A DNA stretch of 64,000 nucleotides from an uncultured virus (IMG/VR IMGVR_UViG_3300020049_007251) (Duplodnaviria > Heunggongvirae > Uroviricota > Caudoviricetes), in IMG/VR virus record IMGVR_UViG_3300020049_007251. One strand, given 5' to 3'. The notes below the pieces were generated by a model. That model was not told where the DNA came from, did no database searches, and worked only from the letters and a program-made list of their open reading frames with translations. This document shows positions 36,610 to 44,764 of this stretch, in pieces (positions within the stretch are counted from its first letter, which is position 1; each line of letters opens with the position of its first letter). The position numbers and the translations under genes are program-made.

Positions 36610-38804
36610 GTGAACTAGATTTGACAGAAGACAGGTTTAAGAAGCTTAAAATGTTTACGATGCACGGAGTTAATTTAAGATCATTGGCAGACACGCAGGT
36701 AGTTGGTGATTGTCCATTTTGCATGAAAGAGAAGCACTTTTACATTAACTGGGAAAAACTCTTGTGGGATTGCAAAGTTTGTTCTTCCTCAGGAAATTCC
36801 CAAAAATTCCTGGAGAAAATCAATGAGCGAAACATTCAACAAATTACCCCAGAGCATATTGAAGCTCTTGCAGAAGATCGAGGATTGCCAAAATGCGCTT
36901 TTAATTGGGTCGAACTTGGATATGCTGGACATTATACTATTGCAGTCCGCGGGGCTGACAGAAAGCTGGTTGATCTTAGAATATACAGAATCGGAGGCAA
37001 GGTTATATCTACCGCTGGGAGATCGACTGGTTTGTTTGGCCTTTCTGAGCTCGTCAAAGTCAACCCTCAGTCGGTATATATTTGCGAGGGTGAGTGGGAT
37101 ACCATTGCAGTACAGTGGCTTCTTGATGCTGCAAAAAAAATGGGTAGGGCGGTTTGCTCTCCGGGTGCAGGCACTTTCAAACCCGAGTGGGCCGAGTTTT
37201 TTAAGGGCAAAGTCGTTTCCGTATTATATGACCATGACGAAGCAGGCTTAAAAGGAGAAATGATTGTATTGGATAGGCTTAGTAAAACGGCAAAGCAATT
37301 ACAGTTTTGCCATTGGCCAGCCGGAAAACCTAACGGATTTGACTCAAGAGATTTTATAATAAGATATGGCGTTTTAAAAAATACTCCAAAACGCTGCTTT
37401 AGGTTACTTAGCGCGTTGCTTAAGCCAAAGCCAAGGACTTCTATTACCCAGGAAGTTGAAGCAATGCTAGAAGAGAATAAGGCGCCCGAGGTTGACCCTT
37501 CCATAACTATTCAAGACGTACTTAGGTCTTATGACGAGCTACTTCATGAGCCAAACCACATGAGCATTGAGCTTGCAATAATAATCATGATTTCCAATAT
37601 GTTTGATACGGATCCGGTCTGGATGTTCTTAGTTGCACCGCCCTCTTCTGGAAAAACTCAAGTCATTAATGGCCTTAAATATCTTTGTCAGCCTTACGAA
37701 GAAATAGGGTATTCTCTTAGCTCCGTAACTACACATGCTTTAGTTTCTGGAATGGAAACAAAAAGAGGCGATCCGTCGGTTTTTGCTAAGCTGGACGGCA
37801 ATAGAATGTCTCTCATTATTAAAGATTTTTCAACTGTTACTTCTATGCCAGAGTCAGAAAAGATGGAAATCAATGCACAGCTTAGAGATGGGTATGATGG
37901 ATATACCTCTAAAAGCTTTGGAAATGGCGTAACTCGTAATTACACAAAACTTAGATTTGGGCTATTGGCCGCAGTTACAGACGATATTTACAATGAGGCT
38001 GTAACAAATCAAGCTTTAGGTGAGCGGTTTGCTAAGCTTAACATTGGGCGCAGCAATGATTTAGCCTTTGCCGAAGGCGCTATTGATAAAGCTATTTCAT
38101 CGTCTTCCAGAGAAACCTTTAAGGCAGACGAAGATCGTTGCGCTCGGATGGTTTATAGCTGCGTTAAAAACATAATGAAGAAGGCTGAGGAAGGAATTAA
38201 ACTTCCAAAGCTAAGTCCTGAACTTCAGGAGGCTGTAAAAGGCATATCCCTTTACGTGGCTGCAATGCGTGGAGTTGTTAGTCGGGATAAGTTTCGTAGA
38301 GACTATATCAAGTCTGCTCCTTACAGCGAAACTGGAATAAGATTTGCAAAAATGATTAGTAATATTGCTGTCTATCGGGCTTTTCTTTACGGGCGTGAAG
38401 AAGCTACGCTTGAGGATCTTCCGTTAATTAGAAGAATAGCGCTTGATACTATTAACCAACGAGACGAAGAAATTCTGAGAAAAGTGTGGCTTCTAAATAA
38501 AGAAGATTCGGATCGCGAGCCTATTAAGCACGTGATTCAAGAAGGAAGTAAGTACACGGCTTATACGGTTCATTGCTTTCTTGAAGATATGGTTATGCTT
38601 GACATGCTCAATAGGCAGAAAGAAGGCCGAAAACATTATTACCGTGTTTCAGACAAAATGAGGTCCATCATTACAACAGCAAGACTTTATGAGACTGAAG
38701 AAGAATTGAATAGAAACAACCACAAAGTTATTTTAAAAAGAGCTAAAACTGGTTTAGGCGATCCAAGAAGACAAAAATTAGTTATTAAAAGGAGGGTCGC
38801 ATGA
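36606..38804 (+). CDS. Primase-helicase (Zn finger, Toprim, AAA/MCM-like ATPase)
   Basis: CPFC..WDC..C, CEGEWD, DHDEAG, APPSSGKT, ERF; ATGA overlap start. Confidence 0.85.
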   Translation: MSELDLTEDRFKKLKMFTMHGVNLRSLADTQVVGDCPFCMKEKHFYINWEKLLWDCKVCSSSGNSQKFLEKINERNIQQITPEHIEALAEDRGLPKCAFNWVELGYAGHYTIAVRGADRKLVDLRIYRIGGKVISTAGRSTGLFGLSELVKVNPQSVYICEGEWDTIAVQWLLDAAKKMGRAVCSPGAGTFKPEWAEFFKGKVVSVLYDHDEAGLKGEMIVLDRLSKTAKQLQFCHWPAGKPNGFDSRDFIIRYGVLKNTPKRCFRLLSALLKPKPRTSITQEVEAMLEENKAPEVDPSITIQDVLRSYDELLHEPNHMSIELAIIIMISNMFDTDPVWMFLVAPPSSGKTQVINGLKYLCQPYEEIGYSLSSVTTHALVSGMETKRGDPSVFAKLDGNRMSLIIKDFSTVTSMPESEKMEINAQLRDGYDGYTSKSFGNGVTRNYTKLRFGLLAAVTDDIYNEAVTNQALGERFAKLNIGRSNDLAFAEGAIDKAISSSSRETFKADEDRCARMVYSCVKNIMKKAEEGIKLPKLSPELQEAVKGISLYVAAMRGVVSRDKFRRDYIKSAPYSETGIRFAKMISNIAVYRAFLYGREEATLEDLPLIRRIALDTINQRDEEILRKVWLLNKEDSDREPIKHVIQEGSKYTAYTVHCFLEDMVMLDMLNRQKEGRKHYYRVSDKMRSIITTARLYETEEELNRNNHKVILKRAKTGLGDPRRQKLVIKRRVA

Positions 38805-39094
38805 CGGTTGAAAGAAGTTTAACGCACAACGGAGAAACCTGGTCTGTGTCAGAATGGGCTAGGAAAACTGGGTTAAAAAATAAAACTATTTATATGCGCC
38901 TTAATGCCGGATGGTCTGTTAAGGATACTTTAGAAAAGCCTATTCAAAGACAACTTTTTGCCAGAGAGCAAAGTAGAATAGCAAAGCGGGTAAGTGATAA
39001 AGACCGCGATAAAGAAAGATTATTAGTAAAACAACAGTCTAAGATGTGGCCTAATTGGAAAGAAGAAAGAGACCAAGAAGGCGACATACTTTAA
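38801..39094 (+). CDS. Stand-alone HTH of the type found on HNH endonucleases
   Basis: NGET..V.EWA..TG....TI..RL..GWS. Confidence 0.6.
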   Translation: MTVERSLTHNGETWSVSEWARKTGLKNKTIYMRLNAGWSVKDTLEKPIQRQLFAREQSRIAKRVSDKDRDKERLLVKQQSKMWPNWKEERDQEGDIL

Positions 39095-39112
39095 ACAATA
39101 AGGAGAAAAATA

Positions 39113-39289
39113 ATGGGAGCAGGAAGACCAAAGATCCATCACGGAAAAGTCAAGTGCAAAAAACCAAAGTGCAAAATAATTATTACCCTGATCGGAGACA
39201 ACAAAGATCAGAAGTATTGTTCTAGAAAATGTTACTTCAGTGAAATGAGGGGTAAAAGAAAAGGTGGGAAGTATCAGTGCGGTTTCTAA
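39113..39289 (+). CDS. Small basic Cys-rich protein, 58 aa (not in track)
   Basis: RBS AAGGAG; C....C...KYCSRKCY. Confidence 0.55.
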   Translation: MGAGRPKIHHGKVKCKKPKCKIIITLIGDNKDQKYCSRKCYFSEMRGKRKGGKYQCGF

Positions 39290-39468
39290 TCTGGATAGTC
39301 TGTTTCACGTTATTCATTTTTCTGGTAATGATTATGATTGCAAAGGTGGCACACGCAGGAACGACAATGCAAGATTTAAGCAAGAAGGTTAAGGTAATTA
39401 GCATGGACGAATACATGGCAAAAGAGCGCAAGAGGGCGGAGGAGCTACCGCCCAAGACATCGCCTTGA
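39277..39468 (+). CDS. Small exported/membrane protein
   Basis: Hydrophobic N-terminus ending VAHA. Confidence 0.5.
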   Translation: MRFLIWIVCFTLFIFLVMIMIAKVAHAGTTMQDLSKKVKVISMDEYMAKERKRAEELPPKTSP

Positions 39469-39598
39469 TACATTGGTTGTGGAAAGGATAATATGATTAT
39501 AAATTCTTGGATTTATACTTGTGTTTCGATAATTCCTTATCCCAAAAGAACAAAATCTAGGAAAGCCAGTAAGAAGAAATCCAAGTGAGTAAACATTA

Positions 39599-39870
39599 AG
39601 CTAGGCGTGGGGTAGTACCCTGACGATTCGAATGAAACCAAAAGTTACGTCGCTCGTATTGCGGTGGAATTTAATCGTTGCTTACTAAAGCCGCCTAGCT
39701 GATTTTAACGGGAGAAATCCCAAGAGATAGGGTGAGTTCGACTCTCACTCGCTTACCGAGGACGGGTGTGACGGGAGGTCAGTTCGATTCTGACGATAGG
39801 CACTCTGGTGAGACAATGGTACGGTTGGCTCCGACCGATAAACTAGCGGGGAATCTGACTAGGGGGAGCA
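39599..39870 (+). ncRNA. Cluster of structured RNA elements with two T-loop hairpins
   Basis: AGCTAGGCG/CGCCTAGCT; GGGTGAG-TTCGACT-CTCACTC; GTCAG-TTCGATT-CTGAC; CGGTTGG/CCGACCG. Confidence 0.5.
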
Positions 39871-39901
39871 ACAATTTTAACGCTCGATAACAACGGGGGG
39901 A

Positions 39902-40216
39902 GTGATGCGGTATCATATGAGAATGGATATTAAGGGCGCGATAAGGAATAAAGCCTTTAGAGGTTTTACTGATGACGAAGGCAATGAATTACCGCCGAAG
40001 ATAGCGGAAGCATACCTCAAGTTGCTTGATTATAACGGGCAGAAGTATTTAAAGATCGGCGATTGCGATAATTGGGACGATGAAAAAGGATGCTTGGGAC
40101 ATAAAGATAACCCAATGGAAGATGAAAAGCAAAAACGCCTGGACGAACTTGGAATAACTCAAGAAGATTTAGACCTATCAGCGCAGGCATATAAAGAAGC
40201 CGGTAATCAACCATAG
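39902..40216 (+). CDS. Hypothetical phage protein
   Basis: CDN.D...GC.GH motif. Confidence 0.6.
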   Translation: MMRYHMRMDIKGAIRNKAFRGFTDDEGNELPPKIAEAYLKLLDYNGQKYLKIGDCDNWDDEKGCLGHKDNPMEDEKQKRLDELGITQEDLDLSAQAYKEAGNQP

Positions 40217-40248
40217 CTAACCGCCAGCAAGGAGAAGGGAGAATAGTT

Positions 40249-40410
40249 ATGGGATACCAAACGTGTCCAGTTTGTAACGGCTCAGGAATTGACCACACAA
40301 GCCAAGTATCAACAAAATCAAATAATCCATGTCCTGTTTGTAAAGGTAAAAGAATTATCAGCACATTGACAGGTGAGCCTCCCGCCAGCAAGGATAAATC
40401 AGATGGATAA
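40249..40410 (+). CDS. DnaJ-type zinc-finger mini-protein, 53 aa (not in track)
   Basis: CPVCNGSG...CPVCKGK; RBS GGGAG. Confidence 0.6.
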   Translation: MGYQTCPVCNGSGIDHTSQVSTKSNNPCPVCKGKRIISTLTGEPPASKDKSDG

Positions 40411-40663
40411 AGAACTCAGAGATCAGATAGAAATGGCAGCCAAAGAGATTCGTGAAGTAGGAGATAAGGCAATTTTTGGTATGCCTAGTTATAACGACGA
40501 TCCTTACCGAAAAATCGCTTTGTGGCATCTTCAGCGGACAATTGAGGCAAAGTTAAGTGCCTTTGAAGCAGTAAAAAACTCCATGAAATTCCCAGAATAT
40601 CTATACGTAGAAAAAGCCATTAAGGATATTACCGATCAACTCCAACAACTAAAGGACAGGTGA
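40403..40663 (+). CDS. Hypothetical protein
   Basis: RBS AAGGA before ATG 40403. Confidence 0.5.
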   Translation: MDKELRDQIEMAAKEIREVGDKAIFGMPSYNDDPYRKIALWHLQRTIEAKLSAFEAVKNSMKFPEYLYVEKAIKDITDQLQQLKDR

Positions 40664-40664
40664 G

Positions 40665-40829
40665 ATGAGCAAAGAAAGTAAGTTAGCAAAAGAAATGGAA
40701 AAAGATTTGAAGGGTTCTATCTCAAGTAATCCGCATTGGAATGGTATAGCGGCTATTTCTAGACGATTGATTTCTTATGGATGGAAGAAAGATACACGCC
40801 AACAACCGCAATCGACCGAGGAGAGGTGA
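40665..40829 (+). CDS. Hypothetical 54 aa protein (not in track)
   Basis: RBS AGGT, tight gene packing. Confidence 0.4.
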   Translation: MSKESKLAKEMEKDLKGSISSNPHWNGIAAISRRLISYGWKKDTRQQPQSTEER

Positions 40830-40833
40830 AGAG

Positions 40834-41067
40834 ATGAAAGAGATATTGACTTTTTTAATTATCGGACTCTTGTTGATGCTAGCCATATTTACAGCTTACG
40901 CTATCTATGTTTCAAAAGCGCCAATAAAAGAGGTGGTTTGTTATATGGGTGATCGAGTTGAGACAGAAACTGGATACGAGTACCCGAATTTTGAATGCAC
41001 GTGGCGCAGGGGAACCAAACTCATTTTAAAGGGTGGAAAACCTACAAACCAAAGAGAGGATAATTAA
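40834..41067 (+). CDS. Small membrane protein
   Basis: N-terminal hydrophobic helix; RBS GAGG. Confidence 0.5.
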   Translation: MKEILTFLIIGLLLMLAIFTAYAIYVSKAPIKEVVCYMGDRVETETGYEYPNFECTWRRGTKLILKGGKPTNQREDN

Positions 41068-41068
41068 A

Positions 41069-41374
41069 ATGATTGAGAAATCAGAATTAAAAAAGCTTCA
41101 CATTGTGCCGGTCAACAAACATGTCGTCGTCGTAGCTCAAGAGATCGTCACCGGCGGCGGCATCATATTGCCTGAAAGGGCAAATAAATTGGAAGCCAAC
41201 ACTTGCATGTTGGAAGTTCTTCTTGTCGCTGAAGATTGCGAACAGGTCAAGGCCGGCGATTATGTTCAGATCCGATCGAACGCTTTCGCCGACGGGTTTG
41301 ATTTTCTCGAGGATAAATATATCATGTTCAAAGAAGAAGAAGTCGGGGTCGTCTACCGAAGAAAGGATAAATAA
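41069..41374 (+). CDS. groES: GroES/Cpn10-like co-chaperonin
   Basis: P....V.V...TGGGIILP, VKAGD.V, Y....EEEV. Confidence 0.8.
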   Translation: MIEKSELKKLHIVPVNKHVVVVAQEIVTGGGIILPERANKLEANTCMLEVLLVAEDCEQVKAGDYVQIRSNAFADGFDFLEDKYIMFKEEEVGVVYRRKDK

Positions 41375-41375
41375 A

Positions 41376-41759
41376 ATGGCAAAAGTTAATGACGGTGGCC
41401 CGGCGTTCCCAAAGCTCCAAGAATTCGACGGAAACAATAATCCAATGCCCGACGGTATGTCTTTGCGTGACGTCTTTGCCGTTCATGCTCCGTCGGAGCC
41501 GCAAGCTTGGTTTACTCCAACAATGAAAGAAGATCGTCCAGTCCCGGTAAAATTGAACGGCGTTATCGTTGACTCCGATGACCCGGTTTTCGATGCAAAG
41601 TGTGCAAATATCAAAGAAGTCCGGGAGTTCGATAAAGAATACGCAAAGCAAACATCAATCCAATGGCCCTACGCTTGGGCCGACGCGCAGATCGCGGAAA
41701 GAGAGCGGATCAATGATGACAAACAAGGTAGTGATTCCGTCGGCGGCGGAGATATTTAA
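41376..41759 (+). CDS. Widespread phage hypothetical protein
   Basis: GGPAFP...GMSLRD.FA...Y..ADA.I.ER. Confidence 0.7.
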   Translation: MAKVNDGGPAFPKLQEFDGNNNPMPDGMSLRDVFAVHAPSEPQAWFTPTMKEDRPVPVKLNGVIVDSDDPVFDAKCANIKEVREFDKEYAKQTSIQWPYAWADAQIAERERINDDKQGSDSVGGGDI

Positions 41760-41985
41760 ACGGCGCAGAATACCCGTCCCGCTTAATTTAAAACAAGAAC
41801 ATGAAAACTATCAAAAAATAATTGACGACATAATTCTCGATTACGTCGTCGACGCCAAATACATTGGCGGCGATCACTTCATAGTCGTACAGCTCAAAAA
41901 AGATAAATTGAAAATTGAAACGAAACATATTAAGGAGATGTATCATGCGCGGCAGAAAAGCAAAAGCCCTTCGAAGATTCATTGA
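41713..41985 (+). CDS. Hypothetical protein
   Basis: Gene string continuity. Confidence 0.4.
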   Translation: MMTNKVVIPSAAEIFKRRRIPVPLNLKQEHENYQKIIDDIILDYVVDAKYIGGDHFIVVQLKKDKLKIETKHIKEMYHARQKSKSPSKIH

Positions 41986-42130
41986 TCGCGGTCAGAAAAT
42001 CGCCGAAGCAAAGTACGGCCGGCGTACTGATAACGGTCAAATTATCCGCACCGACGATAAACATCAGGAATTAAAAACAATGAAAAAAATCTTGTCGAAG
42101 TCTGGAAGTTCAACAACATCAAAAGTGTAA
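41945..42130 (+). CDS. Small basic protein (MRGRKAKALRR)
   Basis: RBS AAGGAG. Confidence 0.55.
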   Translation: MRGRKAKALRRFIDRGQKIAEAKYGRRTDNGQIIRTDDKHQELKTMKKILSKSGSSTTSKV

Positions 42131-42137
42131 TATTGTA

Positions 42138-42166
42138 TTGACATCAATCAAATTGTTCTTTAATAT
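42138..42166 (+). promoter_or_regulatory. Sigma70 promoter
   Basis: TTGACA-17 nt-TAATAT. Confidence 0.65.
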
Positions 42167-42233
42167 TTAACTTGTCCTTTAGGAGAGGGCAAACAAATGA
42201 CGCGCGCTTCCCACAAAATAAAATCAAATCATC

Positions 42234-42269
42234 GGGCCGACTCAATTTTACAGGGTCGGCCCTTTCTTT
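42234..42269 (+). terminator. Intrinsic terminator in leader of replication gene
   Basis: GGGCCGAC/GTCGGCCC stem followed by TTTCTTT. Confidence 0.55.
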
Positions 42270-42475
42270 CGTCCCCGGGATCTCCTATATCCACAAGTCG
42301 GCCGCTAGCGCATCGCGGTCGTGCCCGGGGGCGTTTTCTTTTAAATGCGAAAAGCCCCGACGGAATAAGACTAACGGCAACTAGGAGCCGGGAGAATAAG
42401 GCCGTAGGAGCAGGGGCCGAGAATTTGTCAGGGATCACTTCCTTGGTGGAAACGGCTCTTTAATAGATTCTAAAT

Positions 42476-43117
42476 ATGAAATCACCACAAAAAGAAAACG
42501 GCTTCACTCCGATCGCAAATGAGCTTCTCGATGCGCTTTCCCGCGTTGATTTCTCACCCAACGAAATCAAAGTCCTTTTTTCAATCATACGTAAAACATA
42601 CGGATGGGGAAAGAAAGAAGATCAGATCAGCTTCTCCCAATTTTGCCAGTCTACCGGGCTCCCAAGACGTTCAATAATACGTAGTTTAGGGGCCCTCAAA
42701 ACCCGTAATATAATCACCGTTTCGGATGCCAAAAACAGCAAGATAAACACCTATAAAATTCAGAAAAATTATGCCCTCTGGTTAGCCCCAAACGGGGTCG
42801 CTTATGATGAGGGGGGGGTGTCAGCGGCGACACTATCAGGGGGTGTCGCAGACGACACTAGGGGGGGTGTCAGCGGCGACACTGGGGGGGTGTCAGCCGT
42901 GGCGGACTTAGGGGTGTCAGCGGCGTCACCCACAATATACAATAAAGAAAACTTACAAAAGAAAGGGATTTTTGAGAGTTTTTCAGAGGATGATTTAAAA
43001 AGCGACATTCGAAACCGTAAGAAGATTGGTCAATCAGCTCAATACATAAAAGAGCACTTTCTATCGCTTGGAATTGCTGAAGCGATTTTAGATAAAATGA
43101 TGTACAAAAACTTTTGA
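42476..43117 (+). CDS. Replication initiator, lambda O-like
   Basis: PQ.ENGFT.IANELL, I.RKTYGW.KK.D.IS.SQF. Confidence 0.9.
   Translation: MKSPQKENGFTPIANELLDALSRVDFSPNEIKVLFSIIRKTYGWGKKEDQISFSQFCQSTGLPRRSIIRSLGALKTRNIITVSDAKNSKINTYKIQKNYALWLAPNGVAYDEGGVSAATLSGGVADDTRGGVSGDTGGVSAVADLGVSAASPTIYNKENLQKKGIFESFSEDDLKSDIRNRKKIGQSAQYIKEHFLSLGIAEAILDKMMYKNF
42811..42930. repeat. Iterons of a probable replication origin inside the O-like gene
   Basis: Five copies of G(n)GTGTC-N6-GACAC-like units followed by an A-rich tract. Confidence 0.8.
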
Positions 43118-43157
43118 GCAGATGCTCAATAATAAAACACCAAAAAGGAGAATGAAA

Positions 43158-43418
43158 ATGTCATTAATTTTGCCAGTCCAAACAGTCATCGAAAACTTAA
43201 TTAATAATCTTTATAATGATGCAAAAATTGTCTTGACCGGGACAACACGACTTTCAGATGATCTTGAGCTCGATTCCCTTGACCGCGTTGAACTCACAAT
43301 GATGATCGAGGAACATTTTAAAATCGAATTTATGGACTATGAATCTGATAAGTGGCAAACCATTGAAGATATTGCCCTTGCAACAGAAAAGAAAATTGAT
43401 GCCGGGAAATTCCATTAA
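43158..43418 (+). CDS. Acyl carrier protein
   Basis: L..DL.LDSLDRVEL.M.IEE.F.I....W.TI.D with conserved Ser; acidic; RBS AGGAG. Confidence 0.85.
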   Translation: MSLILPVQTVIENLINNLYNDAKIVLTGTTRLSDDLELDSLDRVELTMMIEEHFKIEFMDYESDKWQTIEDIALATEKKIDAGKFH

Positions 43419-43456
43419 GGTTAAAAACTAGGACTATTTTTATTATTAATAATTAT

Positions 43457-43648
43457 ATGGACACAGAGACAAGTAAATTCTTAACTCAACTTCAGATCCG
43501 ACGATTCGTAGATCATCACGCGGCATTTTGCGAAATATCAATGGTCTACGTGAAAATAGATTTCAATCGTTTTGCTTTTTTTAATGTCGTGATGTGTCCG
43601 AAGTGCCGCGAAATCAACATGATAATCATAAAAATTGAGGAGTTTTAA
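43457..43648 (+). CDS. Small hypothetical protein (CPKC)
   Basis: Gene string continuity. Confidence 0.4.
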   Translation: MDTETSKFLTQLQIRRFVDHHAAFCEISMVYVKIDFNRFAFFNVVMCPKCREINMIIIKIEEF

Positions 43649-43649
43649 A

Positions 43650-44081
43650 ATGATAACAAAATCTTTTTTTATACCGATCACGCCGGTAGCTAAGGGGCGT
43701 CCGCGATTTTCTCGACGGGGGAAGTTTGTTTGCACGTACACGCCTAGGAAAACGGTAGACTATGAAAGCCTTTTGCGAATGTATTTATTGCCTTATCGCC
43801 CGGGGAATTTGCCGATGGGCCCGTGCCGCGCGGAATTTATTTTCTGGATGCCGCGCCCGGGTAATGCTAAAAATTTAAAGTGGCATATTCGAAAACCCGA
43901 CGGTGACAACCTTGTCAAAGCGTTAATGGACACCATGAACAAATCATTTTTCAATGATGATTCACAGCTCTGCGACTATCGAATTCAAAAGCGATACGGC
44001 GATTCTTCGAATTTGATCGGGATTCAGGTCAACATAAAAATGATGGAATCAGAAAAGGACTTAGACTTCGATGTTCAATAA
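43650..44081 (+). CDS. rusA: RusA-family Holliday junction resolvase
   Basis: P.AKGRPRF, KPD.DN..K..MD, DDSQ. Confidence 0.9.
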   Translation: MITKSFFIPITPVAKGRPRFSRRGKFVCTYTPRKTVDYESLLRMYLLPYRPGNLPMGPCRAEFIFWMPRPGNAKNLKWHIRKPDGDNLVKALMDTMNKSFFNDDSQLCDYRIQKRYGDSSNLIGIQVNIKMMESEKDLDFDVQ

Positions 44082-44262
44082 TAACAAAAAATGCCAATGC
44101 GGAAAGAGAATCATGTTTGTATTAAATGCCTATGGACTCCAAACCGCCGTCGACTATTCCCCCGAAATCGAGCATGAAAATTTATTCAATCCCGCAAAAA
44201 TGTCCCCGCATTATCAAACTTGTCCTTTCACGAAATTCCGATGGTCAACAAATATAAAATAA
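44071..44262 (+). CDS. Small zinc-binding protein
   Basis: C.CGK.I.F ... H..TCP. Confidence 0.55.
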   Translation: MFNNNKKCQCGKRIMFVLNAYGLQTAVDYSPEIEHENLFNPAKMSPHYQTCPFTKFRWSTNIK

Positions 44263-44269
44263 AATTTTC

Positions 44270-44311
44270 TTGACACAATATAAAATTTCGTGCTAATTCT
44301 GAAATTGTCAA
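44270..44311 (+). promoter_or_regulatory. Possible late promoter/operator
   Basis: TTGACA at 44270 mirrored by TGTCAA at 44306; only a weak -10. Confidence 0.35.
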
Positions 44312-44392
44312 ATAGCGATTAATTGGTTTTCTCCTTGGGCCGGTAGTCTCCGCAGACCGCCGGCCCTACCTAACGAGCAAGGGAGTTTTTAA

Positions 44393-44764
44393 ATGGCTTT
44401 AAATGAAAAGCCCGAAGATGCAAAGCGTGACAAGTATGGCCGATTGTTGCCCGGTTATACACCTAACCCGACAGGGGCGGGGTGCGGACACCCAAAGGGA
44501 AAAAGAATCTCGACGGCGATCAGGGAATTACTAAAGCAAAAAATGTGCTTTAGGGATTTGACAAGCGGTGAAGTTCGCGAGATGGAAGTCGCCGACATCC
44601 TCGCTATGAAACAAATTTATCGGGCCTTTAAAGGCGATCAGAAAGCAAACAAAATGATCGTCGAGTATTCCGAAGGCAAACCTAAACAACAAGTTGACCT
44701 GAAGGGATCACTCGAGCATAACGTCTTTCTTAAAAAGGTCATCAAGAAGGCGCAAACAACTTGA
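44393..44764 (+). CDS. terS: Terminase small subunit
   Basis: RD..GR..PG...NP.G, A.KGD, EGKP.Q; precedes terL. Confidence 0.75.
   Translation: MALNEKPEDAKRDKYGRLLPGYTPNPTGAGCGHPKGKRISTAIRELLKQKMCFRDLTSGEVREMEVADILAMKQIYRAFKGDQKANKMIVEYSEGKPKQQVDLKGSLEHNVFLKKVIKKAQTT

Larger units (their letters stand above)
1..41067. mobile_element. Phage A: myovirus-like genome segment (late genes on -, early/replication genes on +); right boundary uncertain (39.1-41.1 kb)
   Basis: Complete terminase-portal-protease-capsid-sheath-tube-baseplate order on the minus strand, divergent from PolA/primase-helicase genes. Confidence 0.85.

Noticed and set aside
39720..39800. Canonical tRNA genes
   Set aside because: T-loop hairpins are present but I could not build acceptor, D and anticodon arms around them.
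42811..42930. CRISPR array
   Set aside because: Units are nearly adjacent with no unique spacers and lie in frame inside a replication gene; they fit iterons.
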